DNA of 64,000 nucleotides, taken from Octopus vulgaris (taxonomy: Eukaryota). Under the pieces are notes generated by a model. The model did not search any database. It saw only the letters and a list, made by a program, of their open reading frames with translations, and was not told the origin of the DNA. Positions 41,903 through 55,704 of the stretch are shown here, in pieces; position 1 is the stretch's first letter, and each line of letters opens with the position of its first letter. The position numbers and the translations under genes are program-made. Location of the stretch: positions 112,158,001 to 112,222,000 of the forward strand of contig OX597818.1 in the NCBI GenBank assembly GCA_951406725.2, read 5' to 3'.

Positions 41903-43499
41903 TACACTCACATATAATGTACACATAAACTGACATTATGCACATATATAACAATGACACACACACAAACACAAAAGCACACATTTATATATGCTTGTAT
42001 ATTTGTGATTAATATTTTCGTCTAAATGTTATTTTGTGCAATACAGTGTTTTTATACATACACAATCTTGTGCGCGCCCACATGCGCACATACTCACACA
42101 TGTATAGAAACGTATGCATGTATATGCCTATATATGCGTTTAAATATGTGCATGTAATTAATGATGGAATTGGTTCTAACCGTATACCATGATACGAAGT
42201 TCCATTTATACGTCATACAAGTTAGATTAAGTATCTCCTTTCTTACACTCGAGAATACGGATAACGAGCAAACATTGCAACGAGACATTATGTTAGAATA
42301 CTGCAATATGATAGTAATAGACATTAATGCAAAGTTAGTCATCTGGAAAATAAGCATGATAAATTAGAGAAAGAACTGGCGGCCTGCTGCTGTTTTGAAC
42401 GAAATGTAATATATTTGTAAACTTTTCTACTCTCTGTCTGAAAGTTTTCACCGTTCACTCGGAAATGCAGACACGGATCTCACACACAACCACATACATT
42501 CACATACATTCTCTTTCTAAATATTTTCTCTATTTCTTTTCCTCATACACCCGAATGAGGAAAGAACCTTGTACATAGATGTGTGTAAATGTTTGCCTCT
42601 GAACAAGTGGTTGATTTCAAACTTTACGTTTGTTAATTGCTGTCCTATGGCATGAAAAGAGTTCAGGTGCAAAATAGACCGAATCACTTACACATATTTC
42701 GAACGTTTGCTACCAATTCTGCTTACTATCTATCTCCAAAATATATTTAGCTGCTTGAGAAGGCATTAATATATTGAAACAGCATAACTATATTTAAACA
42801 ATAAAATTAAGGTATGTTATTGACCTGTTTTTAATCGTATTGAAGCCAAAGTTTGACGATAAATAGACGAGAAATTTACTGCTAACTTGCTTCTTCTCAA
42901 AAGCTTTAGGGGCCAACACATAGGAATATAATTACAACTTTGGACAATTTAAAAGATGATTTAGATAGCTTTGATAACTTATTGAACTATGGTATAACTT
43001 AGAAAATGCATATACAAAATCATTGCTAAACATGGAACGTAAAGTATGGTCTGTGTCAAACAATATCTTATCGTCGCCATGCGTCACTGCATGCGAATTC
43101 TTTTATCTTTACTGAACAAAAGTTACCTCAATGCTTCTACTCATGTGATCGAACGATAAACGATGAAAATAAGAGATTAGTGGTCATTTAGAATTCACTT
43201 AATCTTTATGTCATGTCAATATTCCTTGTAGCATACACTTACGAAAATTCTCTTCGACAAAGCTATTTTGTCCTTTTTGATAACAACAACAAAAAGAAAA
43301 AAAAGGAATGTAGTCTTGTGATCTGCACATTATTCTGTTCGTAAAAGTCTCAGAAGGAATTATGAAGTAAAAAAGAATAATGATAGAAATGTAAAACTCG
43401 AATAGTCAATCTTTAGAGTACATAATATTTATGAGACACAATGACCATATGCAAATAAACACACACACACACCACAACCACACACACACTCATATATAT

Positions 43500-43599
<100 letters not shown>

Positions 43600-43604
43600 T
43601 ATAT

Positions 43605-43912
43605 GTGGAGGCGCAATGGCCTAGTGGTTAGGGCAGCGGCCTCGCGGTCGCAGGATCGCGGTTTCGATTCCCAGACCGGGCGTTGTGAGTGTTTATTGAG
43701 CGAAAACACCTAAAAAAAAGCTTCACGAGGCTCCAGCAGGGGGTGGTGATCCCTGCTGTACTCTTTCACCACACTTTCTCTCACTCTTTCTTCTATTGGC
43801 CTGCTCGCTTAGCCAGCGGGGTGGCGTCATTCGAAGGCTAAAACAGGGCGAACGCATTGTGACCAGCGATGTGTAACAACATCTGATGGTCTGGTCGGTC
43901 ACGGTCACATGA
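43605..43912 (+). mobile_element. tRNA-derived SINE family C, full length
   Basis: GGAGGCGCAATGGCCTAGTGGTTAGGGCAGCG...GGTTTCGATTCC; directly after a long (TA)n. Confidence 0.92.
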
Positions 43913-45862
43913 AGTGGTGGGAGGATTAAGGACAGCATTGAGGTCCATCTCTGTCACGTTGTGGGCTACCAGGATTGGCGCGTTGTTCTGGTGCAGGTGT
44001 CACTAACTCATGTGACGAACTCTCTTCTTGAAAGCCCTCAAACCCTCCACAAAGTACACTGAGTAAGCTGTCTGGGAGAAGGTAACCAGTGGATGTAGAT
44101 GATGCCCTTGGCGTTGAAATGGCAAACCTCAAATGCTTCACGTTGTGCTTGCATTACCTGGCAATTTCTGCTTGCGTTAGACAGACGTTCGACTCAAAAT
44201 ATTTAATCGATAAGCAGTCGCAATATTTTTATACGGTTCTATAACATTTTGCACCATGTTAACGCAAAACCTTTTGCATAACGAGCTTCAGAATAGTCCT
44301 TACGTCCCGGCTGCATTCTTCAAATCAGTGAGCTGCCACAAGCAGTGTTTAGTAGGGTATATTCAGAGAGCTGTTACAGCCGCATACATCTCTATGGAAA
44401 AACAGAATTTTGCAGGTCGGTTTACTACATACATAGTTATTATATACTAAAATTACAATTATTTAGAACAGTTGTAACTGCCTTGACGTAACTCAAGAAT
44501 TCATACACTCGGGTGACCAAATGTACGTGTGTAAACACACATATTTGCCGAACGGTTTTTTTTATGGGTTCCGTGAACAAAATGTTGGTATATTCGGTGC
44601 GGCTTTATGTAACATTTATATTGATTTTGTTGAACAGGAAGAGAAAATGTCTGGTTATCATTGGTCAGAAAGTTCTTCCGCTGGGGTTTGCTTTTATTAT
44701 ATTCTTTTATTTATTTGTGTATTTGTTTATTTATTTATTTTTTGTTTAAGTCATTTGACTCTGGATATGCTGGATCACAACCTTTAGGTAATTTTGAGTA
44801 TGTTTACTCTTATTTTCATTTTGGTTTTGTTCCTGTTATAATTTACCTTGAAATGCTGTATTTCACGACATCTTTATTGCCATATTCTGCTTGGTTTGGT
44901 CGTATTTGTTAGAAGATAGATTTTGAATATCTTTTACATTAAATGCTAATCCTAATTTGATGAGATTTTAATGATTGTTTTAATAAACCGAACAACGATT
45001 ACTAATGAATGTTCAAAATTTATCACTAACGTGCGAATTATTTACGTGTTAAAGATACAGAGCCAATGGACTGGTACGCGTGCCACCTTGGAGTAGTGTT
45101 AGATAATGCAGACATACATAAAATAAAAGATGGAATCGTCAAATCCGAAGCGATTTTTGTTTATATCTTGCTCTATGTCGGATAATAAGAACTGCAGACA
45201 GTAAAAGAAAAATACGAAATATCAAACAGACAGATAAAATAGTAATCGTTCGTAACGATTACTGCCAGAAAAAACAATCAAAAATATATTTTAAAAAATC
45301 ACATTTTGGATAATTATATATAGAAACGCTGTATTGAAATCATGTTGTATACTGTTCCCTACACAAAATATACATGAAATAAAAAAATAGAGATAAAGAT
45401 ACATCCCACAATATAGAGCTGTAAACTCCTTTATCGATTCCTTACATGAAAGACAGATTTTGCGCTGAGGTGAAGAGAAGATCAAAAGACATATGATAGA
45501 ATAGATTCTACCGATTTTCTATTTAACCGACTTTACGTATTCTAGTTCACATAAATTATGTAATACAAACACTACACTGATTACCTAGCCATCCATTATT
45601 TACAAGGTTTCACTTTCATCTCCTTCGAAATACCATCACCAAGTTACACAGCGGAAGGAAATGAAGAAACATATTTACTATGATACTATTACCATTGTAA
45701 ATCCATGGATGGGCAGCCGCTGAAGTAGAAGGCTTTTCAGTAGCGATCGAATAGACTTTATTTTAATCTGGTTCCTTCATAATTTCCAACTTTAGATAAT
45801 ACATACGCACATACACGCATATATACATATGTATCTATGTATGTATATTCATATGTATGTAC

Positions 45863-45897
<35 letters not shown>

Positions 45898-45928
45898 TAT
45901 ATATATAAAGGTATATATATACATATAA

Positions 45929-45962
<34 letters not shown>

Positions 45963-45991
45963 GTATATATATACATATATATATATATATA

Positions 45992-46040
<49 letters not shown>

Positions 46041-46057
46041 TGTTTATATACATAAAC

Positions 46058-46088
<31 letters not shown>

Positions 46089-46095
<7 letters not shown>

Positions 46096-46206
46096 ACCAC
46101 GTGACCGACCAGACCATCAGATGATGTTACACATCGCTGGTCACAATGCGTTCGCATTGTTTTAGCCTTCGAATGACGCCACCCCGCTGGCTAAGCGAGC
46201 AGGCCA
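46089..46206 (-). mobile_element. SINE family C, 5'-truncated
   Basis: 3' ~118 bp of family C embedded in (TA)n. Confidence 0.88.
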
Positions 46207-46234
46207 TATATATATATATATATACATGTATACA

Positions 46235-46785
46235 GACCCGATGTCACTGCAGTCCCAGAGACACATGTAGTGCAAAGTGTAAGACTTGGGGGTCAGTATG
46301 TGCAATGTGCATCAGTTCTTATGCACATTACTAAGATGGCAGCAAAGTACAGACAACTGGCAGGATGGATACTCAGTTCATTCAGGCCAAGAGACTTCGA
46401 GGATATGTTGATTCTGTGCAGGACCTTTTATGTCAGCCGCCTGGTCTACTGCTCTCAGCTATGGTCACTATATAGTGCCAAACGAACAAAGGAGCTTGAA
46501 GCGGTCCAGTGTCACTAGACGACAAGGTTGAAATAGCGTAGCTGATGAGATCCAAGGAGCGGCTGAAAAACTGCAACTTCACTCTGTGGAGCAAAGCCGT
46601 GACAGACATGGATATGTATTAAATCTACATATGGAAAACTGTAGAAGGCTCAGTAATTAATTTCGGCATTGAATGTTATACAAGTGCCAGACCTGGACGC
46701 CATTGTATCGTACCAAATGTACCATCCACTCTATCTGAATTCGGGAACATGTACATAAATAGCCTAGTGTTCAAAGGCCCTGCCA
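46235..46785 (+). mobile_element. CR1-like LINE, RT C-terminal fragment
   Basis: AGWILSSFRPRD...SRLVYCSQLWS...ELEAVQ...ERLK...WK.VEG; frameshifted. Confidence 0.82.
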
Positions 46786-46859
46786 CTGAAATTAAGAGAT
46801 CTAAAGAATGCATGAAAGACTATCAGGCCAATTAAATTAATGTATCCAGAAATGTACAC

Positions 46860-48200
46860 TCCCCGCGTGAATGGTGGATGGGAGGACAACGCTTATAATG
46901 GAAGTTAGAAGAAGGGGGAATATTTGTGGGAAACTACCGCCACATTGCATGCCTAAAGATAATCTGGAAGAAAGTCACTGGAATATATGCAGCAAAGACA
47001 CACTTTCCTGGCACATGAAGAAATACTACCAAAGGAACGAAAAGAATGTAGGATGGGTACCAAGGATCATCTTGGCATCGATAAAACAGTTCTGAGGCAT
47101 TGTAGAAAACATACAAACATGTTTATGGCTTGGATTGACTTTAAGAAGGCATATGATATGGTACCTCATTCTTGGATCGTTGAATGCTTGCAGATGTTTG
47201 GTGTTGCTGACAACATCACAAATATTCTGATGCATAGCGTGAAAGAGTGGAAAACGAAATTGTGCTCAAGTAATGTATTCCTTGGAGAAGTTAATATTAA
47301 AAGGGGAATCTTCCAAGGTGACTCGTTTTCTCCGTTACTCTCTGTAATTGCACTATTACCCATAACAATGACACTTAGGAAAGTTAAGATGGGATATCGA
47401 TATGGGAAGAAAGGCCCATCATGGAACCATCTGTTTACGGATTTAAATTGCTTGGGAAATCTGAAAGACAGATAGATTCCTTAACCAAAACAGTCCAGAA
47501 GTGTGATAGGGACATCGATATGGAATTTGGGATCACCAAATGCTCAGTACGTAATATGGAAAGAGAGAAGAAAGCAGCCTACAGAGGATTGCGGTTACCA
47601 TCAGGAGATACTGTGGGTGAACCCGACGGTATTGGATATAGATATTTAGGGATTTTGGAGCTGGATGACATTCTACACAGAGAAATGAAAGTCAATGTCA
47701 ATGAAGCGTATCAAAAAAAGGGGTGAAGCTGGTGTTGAAATCCAACTTGAAAGACAAAAATATGATTACCGCAATGAATATCTGGGCATTTGCGGTAGTC
47801 AGATATAGTGCATCCATTCTCAAATGAACTAAGGAGGAAATATCAACGCTGGATAGAAAGACGAGAAAGTTGATGCCGCTGCATGGGGCGCTCCACCCTA
47901 AAGCAAACGTAAACGGACTGTATATAAAAAGAAAGAATGGTGGCAGAGGACTAATTAGTAGAGACCATTATATATAAGGTATGAAAGGAGAACGCTTGCC
48001 AATTATTTGATAGATAGTGATGAGGACCTGCTGCTATAAGCCGCGAAAGATATGGGCGTAAATGTAGATGAAATGATGGGCAAGGAACAGTTTAACCTAA
48101 TAGCTGAGGAGAAGAGAAAAGAATACCTACTTAAAATGAGAATGCATGGGTAGTTTGAAAGGAATACACAGGACGTTAGGGATAATCCAGCATCATGGCC
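46860..48200 (+). pseudogene. R4/Dong-clade-like non-LTR retrotransposon reverse transcriptase, disrupted
   Basis: [74 protein letters not shown]...LY..RKNGGRGLIS; several frameshifts and stops, and the (Y/F)xDD catalytic region is broken. Confidence 0.9.
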
Positions 48201-49029
48201 ATGTTTTGAGCAGGACGTCCTCGTCGAGCTCTACAGATCTTCTAGAAATGAATTGTCTGCTAGGCTGTAGCTTCTGGCTTGGAATATCTGGAATCACCGT
48301 TGACACTGGCTTACACTTATTGCCCGATCCCCGTATAGGGCATTAATATTGCTCACACTGGTTGCCTTTATTGAATTCTTAAAGCAAAATATGCCGAATA
48401 TGCTCCTTTGTCACTTCCATTATAGCTTTAAAAAACTAAGTGTTAAAATCGAACTGCACTCTTCAAAACTTACACTAAGAATAAACACAAGGTCAAATTA
48501 CTACCTGCTTTTATAGCAAGTTGATGCAGGTTGTTTATTCTGCCTCACTCTGACTTTTAGTTCATGCAATTATTTATGGGATAACCCTATATTGAAGACA
48601 GAGATAAACAGTTTCCGGACAAACGCATCAGAAGAACCTCTACAAGGGACTTAGCCGATAATCGAATCCATCTGGGTCAGCATTAAAGTCCATACTGCAA
48701 ATTAGCCTTCACCTTGACCCGAAAAGTCGAGTAACGTACTTCTAAAAAACCGTAGAGATCGCAAGGGATAAAGTAGTTCAGAGTCACAGTAGTCAACTAA
48801 AGCCCAATTTGGCTGTGCTACCATTTTACACCTCTGACACACGGTCACATCAAAGAGATTTTCTTGATTTCGTTTCTCAGAAGAGATGTCATAACTGTGG
48901 CAAACTAGCCTTTGTGCTTTGCGTTGAAGAATAGGTCGAGAGGCAAGTTTGTCGCAAGGCCATAGTTCAAGATGACCTAAACACATTTGCAATGTTCTTG
49001 CAATTTACCTTTCCTCCTAAAATTTTCTT

Positions 49030-49330
49030 TTATTTATTACAGTCATTAATATTACGGCCATATTGGGGCAACGCTTTTAAGAATTTTTAGTGCAATGAAT
49101 CGACTCAAGTACATTATTTAAAGCCTCGTACTCATTCCATCGGCCTGCTTTGCCGAACCTCTATGTAACGATGATATACACAAACAAAATACACACACAC
49201 ACACGTAGGCACACATACACATGTACACACACACACACACACACGTATACGACCAACTTCTTTCCGTTTCCGTCTACCAATTCCACTCAACAGGCTTTGG
49301 TCGGCCAGGGGCTGTACCAGAAGACATGTG
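49030..49330 (-). mobile_element. SINE family B, diverged
   Basis: TTTCCGTCTACCAATTCCACTCA...GGCTTTGGTCGGCC; TTTGCCGAACC. Confidence 0.75.
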
Positions 49331-49439
49331 ACTGTGGAATATCACCTCTATAGTGTCTCACTGATTAAACTTCATAGCTTCTGTTCTTATCGCTCTTTCA
49401 AGGTCTGAACGATATTCAGAGCAAATCAACAACTGCTAC

Positions 49440-49543
49440 TGATGATAACAATATGGGTGATGATGATTATGATGATGATGATGATGATGATGATGAGGGT
49501 CATGATAATGATTATGTTGATATTTGCTGTGTTCCTGAACCTG

Positions 49544-49612
<69 letters not shown>

Positions 49613-49682
49613 CATATATATACATATATATACATATATATACATATATATATATATATACATATATATACATACATATACA

Positions 49683-49716
<34 letters not shown>

Positions 49717-49755
49717 CATATATGTACATAGATATACATATATATATACATATAC

Positions 49756-49792
<37 letters not shown>

Positions 49793-49819
49793 AGTATATA
49801 TATGTATATATATGTATAT

Positions 49820-49870
<51 letters not shown>

Positions 49871-49892
49871 TATATGTACATATATATATATA
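49440..49892. repeat. (GAT)n and long (TA)n/(TACA)n microsatellites
   Basis: Directly visible. Confidence 0.95.
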
Positions 49893-50474
49893 GGAATGAA
49901 ATATTTCTGTATAACCATATATTGCGTAAAACAATATTTTCCATTCCCTACTTCCTATTAGATAGCTTCCCCCCCTTTATTTCTTTAATAGTATCAACGT
50001 TATTAATGCTATGACTAGTTCCATTGTAATAATAGGGTAAGTTATTTGAAATGATACCAAGTATCAACCCAGTTTGTACACAGCTCCTTACGGAGGTAAA
50101 TTTACCAATCAAAAGATTCGGAATGTAAGGAGAAAAAACCAAAATAGCTTACGGAATTAAAAAAAAAAAATCCAAGATAGGTAAAAGACATAGAAATATA
50201 CAAAGATAAGGACTGCGTGTGGTATATATAGAGATCCGGCATAAGTACAAGGAAGAGAAAAAATCAAATTAGCTAGATTAGGTACCTCTTCATATCCCAG
50301 TAGAAAATGTCAAGTGGAGAAATGCGAAGCAACAAGATGGATTATACACATAAAAATCAATGTAAAATCTTATTTATGTGTGGGGACCGCGCCACACACA
50401 CAAGCGTACATATGCATGTACACAGATACATAAATGCGTACACACATATATATGTATATATATATGTATGTATG

Positions 50475-50517
<43 letters not shown>

Positions 50518-50528
50518 ATATGTATGCA

Positions 50529-50581
<53 letters not shown>

Positions 50582-51518
50582 GTAACTACGGAACTATAAA
50601 TTAACTAATACGGTAGGGAGCTAAAAGTAATAATATCTTTCTAAGTATATTTGGCTCCTTCATCGAATTATCCCATGTGCTTGTGTATGTACATCGTGAT
50701 GTATTAGAAGTGTGTATATAGGTTTCGTTTAACAGTTACATACAGGATCTATAACGTGCACATGTCATAATGTCTGTGTAAATGACTCACACACATACGC
50801 ACACACACTAATATGCATTTATGTATGTATGTATGTATATATTTACATAAATATATATACTCACACACATATATATAAATATCTATATATATGTACATAT
50901 ATAAATATATATATATGCAAATGTATATCTTTACACACACATATATATATATACATATATATATATAAATGTGTGTGTGTGTGTGCATATATACATACAT
51001 GTACATACATATGTAGGTATATAGATATGCATATATTGGTATAGTACATCATAAAACGTAAACAACATGAAATACAAAATACAAATACCTCTGACTACGA
51101 ACTTCTCTGCGAACAACGAAAGAAACAAATGAAAAATAAGACACGTAACATAAAGAACTAACCTTCATCAGTTGTTGGCTTTTTTTTTCTACTACATATT
51201 TCGAGCAATTACGACAAGATGTGTCTGCGAGAAACAGTTGCTCTCGCAAAGCAAAATAAACTTTGGGATTTGCGGGACAGTGAAAGCAAACAATAAATGC
51301 TGTTAAGCCATAACGAGGTGAGGTGAGCGAACGCTGGTGGAACGAGTTTTGGCGGGAGAGATGATAGGAGAGGAGACAGACAAGAATACGTATAATGTGT
51401 GTAGCAGATCAAAAGGAGAGAAAGAAGCTCAAGTTAGGAAAAGAAGGGGAGAGAGAACGGTACAGAGTCTCGCATCATATATATATGTATATATATATAT
51501 ATACATGCATATATATGC

Positions 51519-51614
<96 letters not shown>

Positions 51615-51937
51615 GCATACATGTGTATACACACATGCACACGTGTGTGTCCGGGTACTAAATATATACACATGAATACATACATACAAATTTATGCTGA
51701 TTAGCAGCGGCATCTAGCAAGCCAAGTCACTCCACGCTGATAAAGGGCAATAACTCTGAAACTAATCAGTGAGTGCTAGGTTTGGCTCGTAGAGGTACTA
51801 AACTCTACTGTTCGAAAGCTTAAGGATATAACGTTTATGCCGTATAGCCAGCTAGAAACGATGTTTCTAGGGGCTAAATAACAGTAACATTCCTCCCCTT
51901 CCTAGGGTTGCCACACTACGTTGGCAAAAATTCATCG

Positions 51938-51976
<39 letters not shown>

Positions 51977-53675
51977 TATATGTATATATACTTTATCTTT
52001 CCTGGGTCTCAGCCAGAGATTTAGGCCATGCTGGTGCACCGCCTTTACTGCATCCGGGGATTTTCCAGTATTGCTTCTGTGGAAGTAGCGAGTTGGATGT
52101 TGCCGCCCTTGTTTGTGCCTCCTGCTGCGATGTGGGTTCATTTGGTATTGCAAAAAAAAAAAAACAAACAAAAAACTGACTATATACTAGAATCCATTTG
52201 ATAATTTATATATTCCCAGTTTCTCTATGTGACGGTTTATTATGTTTCGGAAAAGGCTTTACAATGAATTCCTTTTGTGATGGCGGTAGCCTGTGATTGG
52301 TCGGAGATTTAAGTTGCAGAAATAGACTATAAAGGTCAGTCCAATATGTGTACATAACCATTGTTCTCTTGTATCTACACATAGTCTATCAGCAACGAAC
52401 GTAAATGCCATTAACTGAGTCGGAATATATGTTAATAGGTCCTCTTCTTCAAGAATAGCTTATAACCCAACTGTGAAATATATGTTTGAAAAGCTTGAAA
52501 TATTTCGTCTGAAGAAGATAACGAAAGTCAGATCTATTGTCTATATGTAGGCAATAAATCACAATTTTCTCAGAGACCTTAGCTGGATACGGTTAATTTC
52601 CTAATGAAGTCGCTGGAGTGTAACTATTGATACACTCGGAAATCATCCATATAAATATAAGCGAGACTATACATCTTCTTTGTTAACTTTAATATCTTAT
52701 TCCCAACTAATATATCACTATCTGTTACTATAAAATGCAGACTACTAATGCGTTGATGATGTAATATCTATCACTATATCTATAATATCTATACTGTAGA
52801 CTGAGAAATATTGCAAACTTACAAATGCTTCACCTTCACAGAATAATGCAGTGAACAGGAAGTCGAAGTGTAGTTGAGTGGTTACCTGTGTGGAGATGGA
52901 ATGATCTTTCCTAAGAATCAATGGAATGAATGACAAAACACCCATTACTACAGACGACATTCCTCTATCGACATATTACCTCTTCTCCTCTGTATCACTG
53001 CCGTTGCTATCTCACCACAGTTATATATCTTTGTCTTTGCAAGATAATTACCGTAGCCTCCACATTATCTATTTAATTAATTTAACTCGGGCCATTTGTC
53101 AAAATTGATGTGTTTTAGGAACTGAAAAAGTCTTTTGATCATGATATTTATTGAGAGTCCATTAAATCAATGTCTACGATCTCTAAATCGAGACATTGAT
53201 CTGTTTAATAAGGTAGTATCAAAATTCTGCATGAATTATTGATCATCATACGATTCATTGATCAACTTCAGAAGACACTTTTATGAAATTTTATATACCA
53301 TTAAGCTCATTAGCAATCGGTGAAATTAGTCTCATGAGTGATTCTAACAGCAGCATTAAACTGGTTTCCTTGTCAACAAAATATAAAATACTTATTATTT
53401 TTTTTTTCATAATGAAGCATTATATATCATGAAAATAATATTCTTGTCAAACGAATTCTTAACCCAATATATCCAGAGCGTAGTAAAATTAGCGTGTTAG
53501 AATAGATTGTACACAAATGATTAGATGGAAATAGCAACATTTTAAAGAAGTGCAATACGTATATACAATAAAGAAGAGATTTGTAATTTTATGTTCGTAG
53601 TTGAAGACGGTAATTGAAACTGCTCCGATCGATTCGGGAACAAGTCGGCCAACGGTTTATATGTACTCCAGCATA

Positions 53676-53926
53676 GGGCGGTGAGCTGGCAGAATCGTTA
53701 GCACGCCTGGCGAAATGCTTAGCGGTATTTCGTCTGCCGTTACGTTCTCAGTTCAAATTCCACCGTGGTCGATTTTGCCTTTCATCCTTTCGGGGTCGAT
53801 AAAGTAAGTACCAGTTACGCACTGGGGTCGATATAATCGACTTAATCCGTTTGACTGTCTTTGTTTGTCCCTTCTGTTTAGCCCTTTGTGGGTAGTAAAG
53901 AAATATATATATATATATATATATAG
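53676..53926 (+). mobile_element. SINE family A, tail type 1, with 13-bp TSD
   Basis: GTACTCCAGCATA at 53663-53675 and 53927-53939. Confidence 0.93.
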
Positions 53927-53962
53927 GTACTCCAGCATACTGTTTTTACAGTAATACGCAAA

Positions 53963-54243
53963 AGGTGCAGACATAGCTGTGTGATAAGAAGCTTGCTTTC
54001 CAACCACATGATCCCGAGTTCAGTCCCACTGAGTGGCACCTTGGGTAGCTGGCTTCTACTATAGCATCAGGCCGACTGAAATTTTGTGAATGAATATAGT
54101 AAACGAAAAGAAAACGTAACTCGTCTTGTGTGCGCGTCTTTGTTGGTGACTCTCCCCGTCATCAATTGACAACCGGTGTTGGTGTGTTTACATCCCCATA
54201 ATGTATCGGTTCGGCAAAAGTTATAACGACCGAATAAGTAGCA

Positions 54244-54314
<71 letters not shown>

Positions 54315-54335
54315 CTGAAATAAGTAAAAGACAAA
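53963..54335 (+). mobile_element. SINE family B, diverged
   Basis: AGGTGCAG...CAACCACATG...GGCACCTTGGG...ACAACCGGTGTTGGTGTGTTTAC...CGGTTCGGCAAAAG. Confidence 0.8.
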
Positions 54336-54444
54336 ATAAGATAAAAAGTAGAGTTTCAACATCGGCTCCAACGAGGTACTGACTCTCCATTGGGGTCTTT
54401 ATTTTGTTTCTGACTCTGAAGTTTCTAGACCAAGGCTGATCTTT

Positions 54445-54646
54445 AATCTTTTCTACTCTAGAGGCATAAGTCCCGAATTTTTGTGGGAGGGAGCCAGTCA
54501 ATTAGATGGACCACAGAACGCAACTGTACTGAATTATAGCGACACTGAAAGGATGAAAGGCAAAGTCGACCTCGGCAGAATTTGAACTTAGAACGTAATG
54601 GCAGACTAAATGTTGCTAAGCATTTTTCCAGGCGTGCTAACATTTC
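54445..54646 (-). mobile_element. SINE family A, tail type 2
   Basis: TTTTCTACTCTAG...GAAAGGATGAAAGGCAAAGTCGACC...GGCGTGCTAAC. Confidence 0.85.
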
Positions 54647-54823
54647 TTTTCAATTCTAGGCAACATAAGCCAGGTGTTTCTATTTGAACTTTTTGAAAAC
54701 CAGTATAAACTGTGAAACCGGTTTAAGCTTTGACTATATTGCTAAAAAATATTTTAACTATTCTAAGTGTATTTTGAACTTCTATTTTTTCTATATTTCT
54801 ACCCGTGAGGACTAAAACAACTT

Positions 54824-54906
<83 letters not shown>

Positions 54907-54914
54907 GATGAGTA

Positions 54915-55095
54915 AATTCTTTTCTACTCTAGTTTCTACTCTAGTTACAAGGTCTGGAATTTTGATGAAATAGGTCCCGAAGGGATGAAAGGCAAAGTCG
55001 AACTCAGCGGAATTAGAACTCAGAAATTCAAGACAGACGAAATACGGTTAAGTATTTTCGACTGGCGTGCTAACATTTCTGCAAGTTCATCGCCT
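54915..55095 (-). mobile_element. SINE family A, tail type 2, internally deleted
   Basis: TTCTACTCTAG (duplicated) joined to CCCGAAGGGATGAAAGGC...GGCGTGCTAAC. Confidence 0.8.
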
Positions 55096-55229
55096 ATGTG
55101 ATGACTAAATTGTCTCCATGCTATATCTTCAATTTCGCATAAGCGCATTGTTTACTAGGATCAGCTGGGCACCGTCTGTGAGAAAAACAGCACCATGACG
55201 CCATTCACTCTGCCAGAAATTTGGAAAGG

Positions 55230-55620
55230 ACATGCTATACTGCTTGGCATTTGCACCGAAAGCTCCAATACGAATATGTACCGAGTGTAATAAAATCAAG
55301 CATCCAATCAACATCATTATGTTTGGAGTGATCGCTAGTGATGGCGACGTTATGCCACAATTCATCTTCCCACACGGCCTCAGACTAACTGAAGGCAAGG
55401 ATTATGGCAGCATTCACCATCTTAAATAAGGAGACCGACCAGAAGATTTGCAGGAGATTCCGAAGTCATCTGGAGGCCGTGGTTGAAGCCAATAGCGATT
55501 ATATTGAATAATTTGACTCTTTAGTATTTCAAAATATTTGTATGTAATTTTGGTAAATAAATCTGTTAAAATGAGTTGTGATTGTTATCTTTATTTTTGC
55601 GTAATTCAGACGCACTCTGT
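55230..55620 (+). mobile_element. Tc1/mariner-superfamily (maT/DD37D-like) transposon 3' remnant
   Basis: KIKHPINIIMFGVIASDGDVMPQFIFPHGLRL, then a deletion, then KARIMAAF...CRRFRSHLEAVVEANSDYIE*; TIR-like end GCGTAATTCAGACGCACTCTG. Confidence 0.8.
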
Positions 55621-55635
55621 GTGCTTGTGTTTGTG

Positions 55636-55704
<69 letters not shown>

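Noticed and set aside
43605-43680. tRNA gene calls for the SINE heads (families A-D)
   Set aside because: A and B boxes are present, but there is no proper acceptor stem and each head continues into a repeated SINE body.
48860-48935. RCHNCGKL zinc-knuckle-like motif
   Set aside because: Remaining His/Cys ligands are missing and a stop follows.
49436-49520. Poly-His/poly-Asp/poly-Met tracts in ORFs
   Set aside because: Simple (GAT)n microsatellite.
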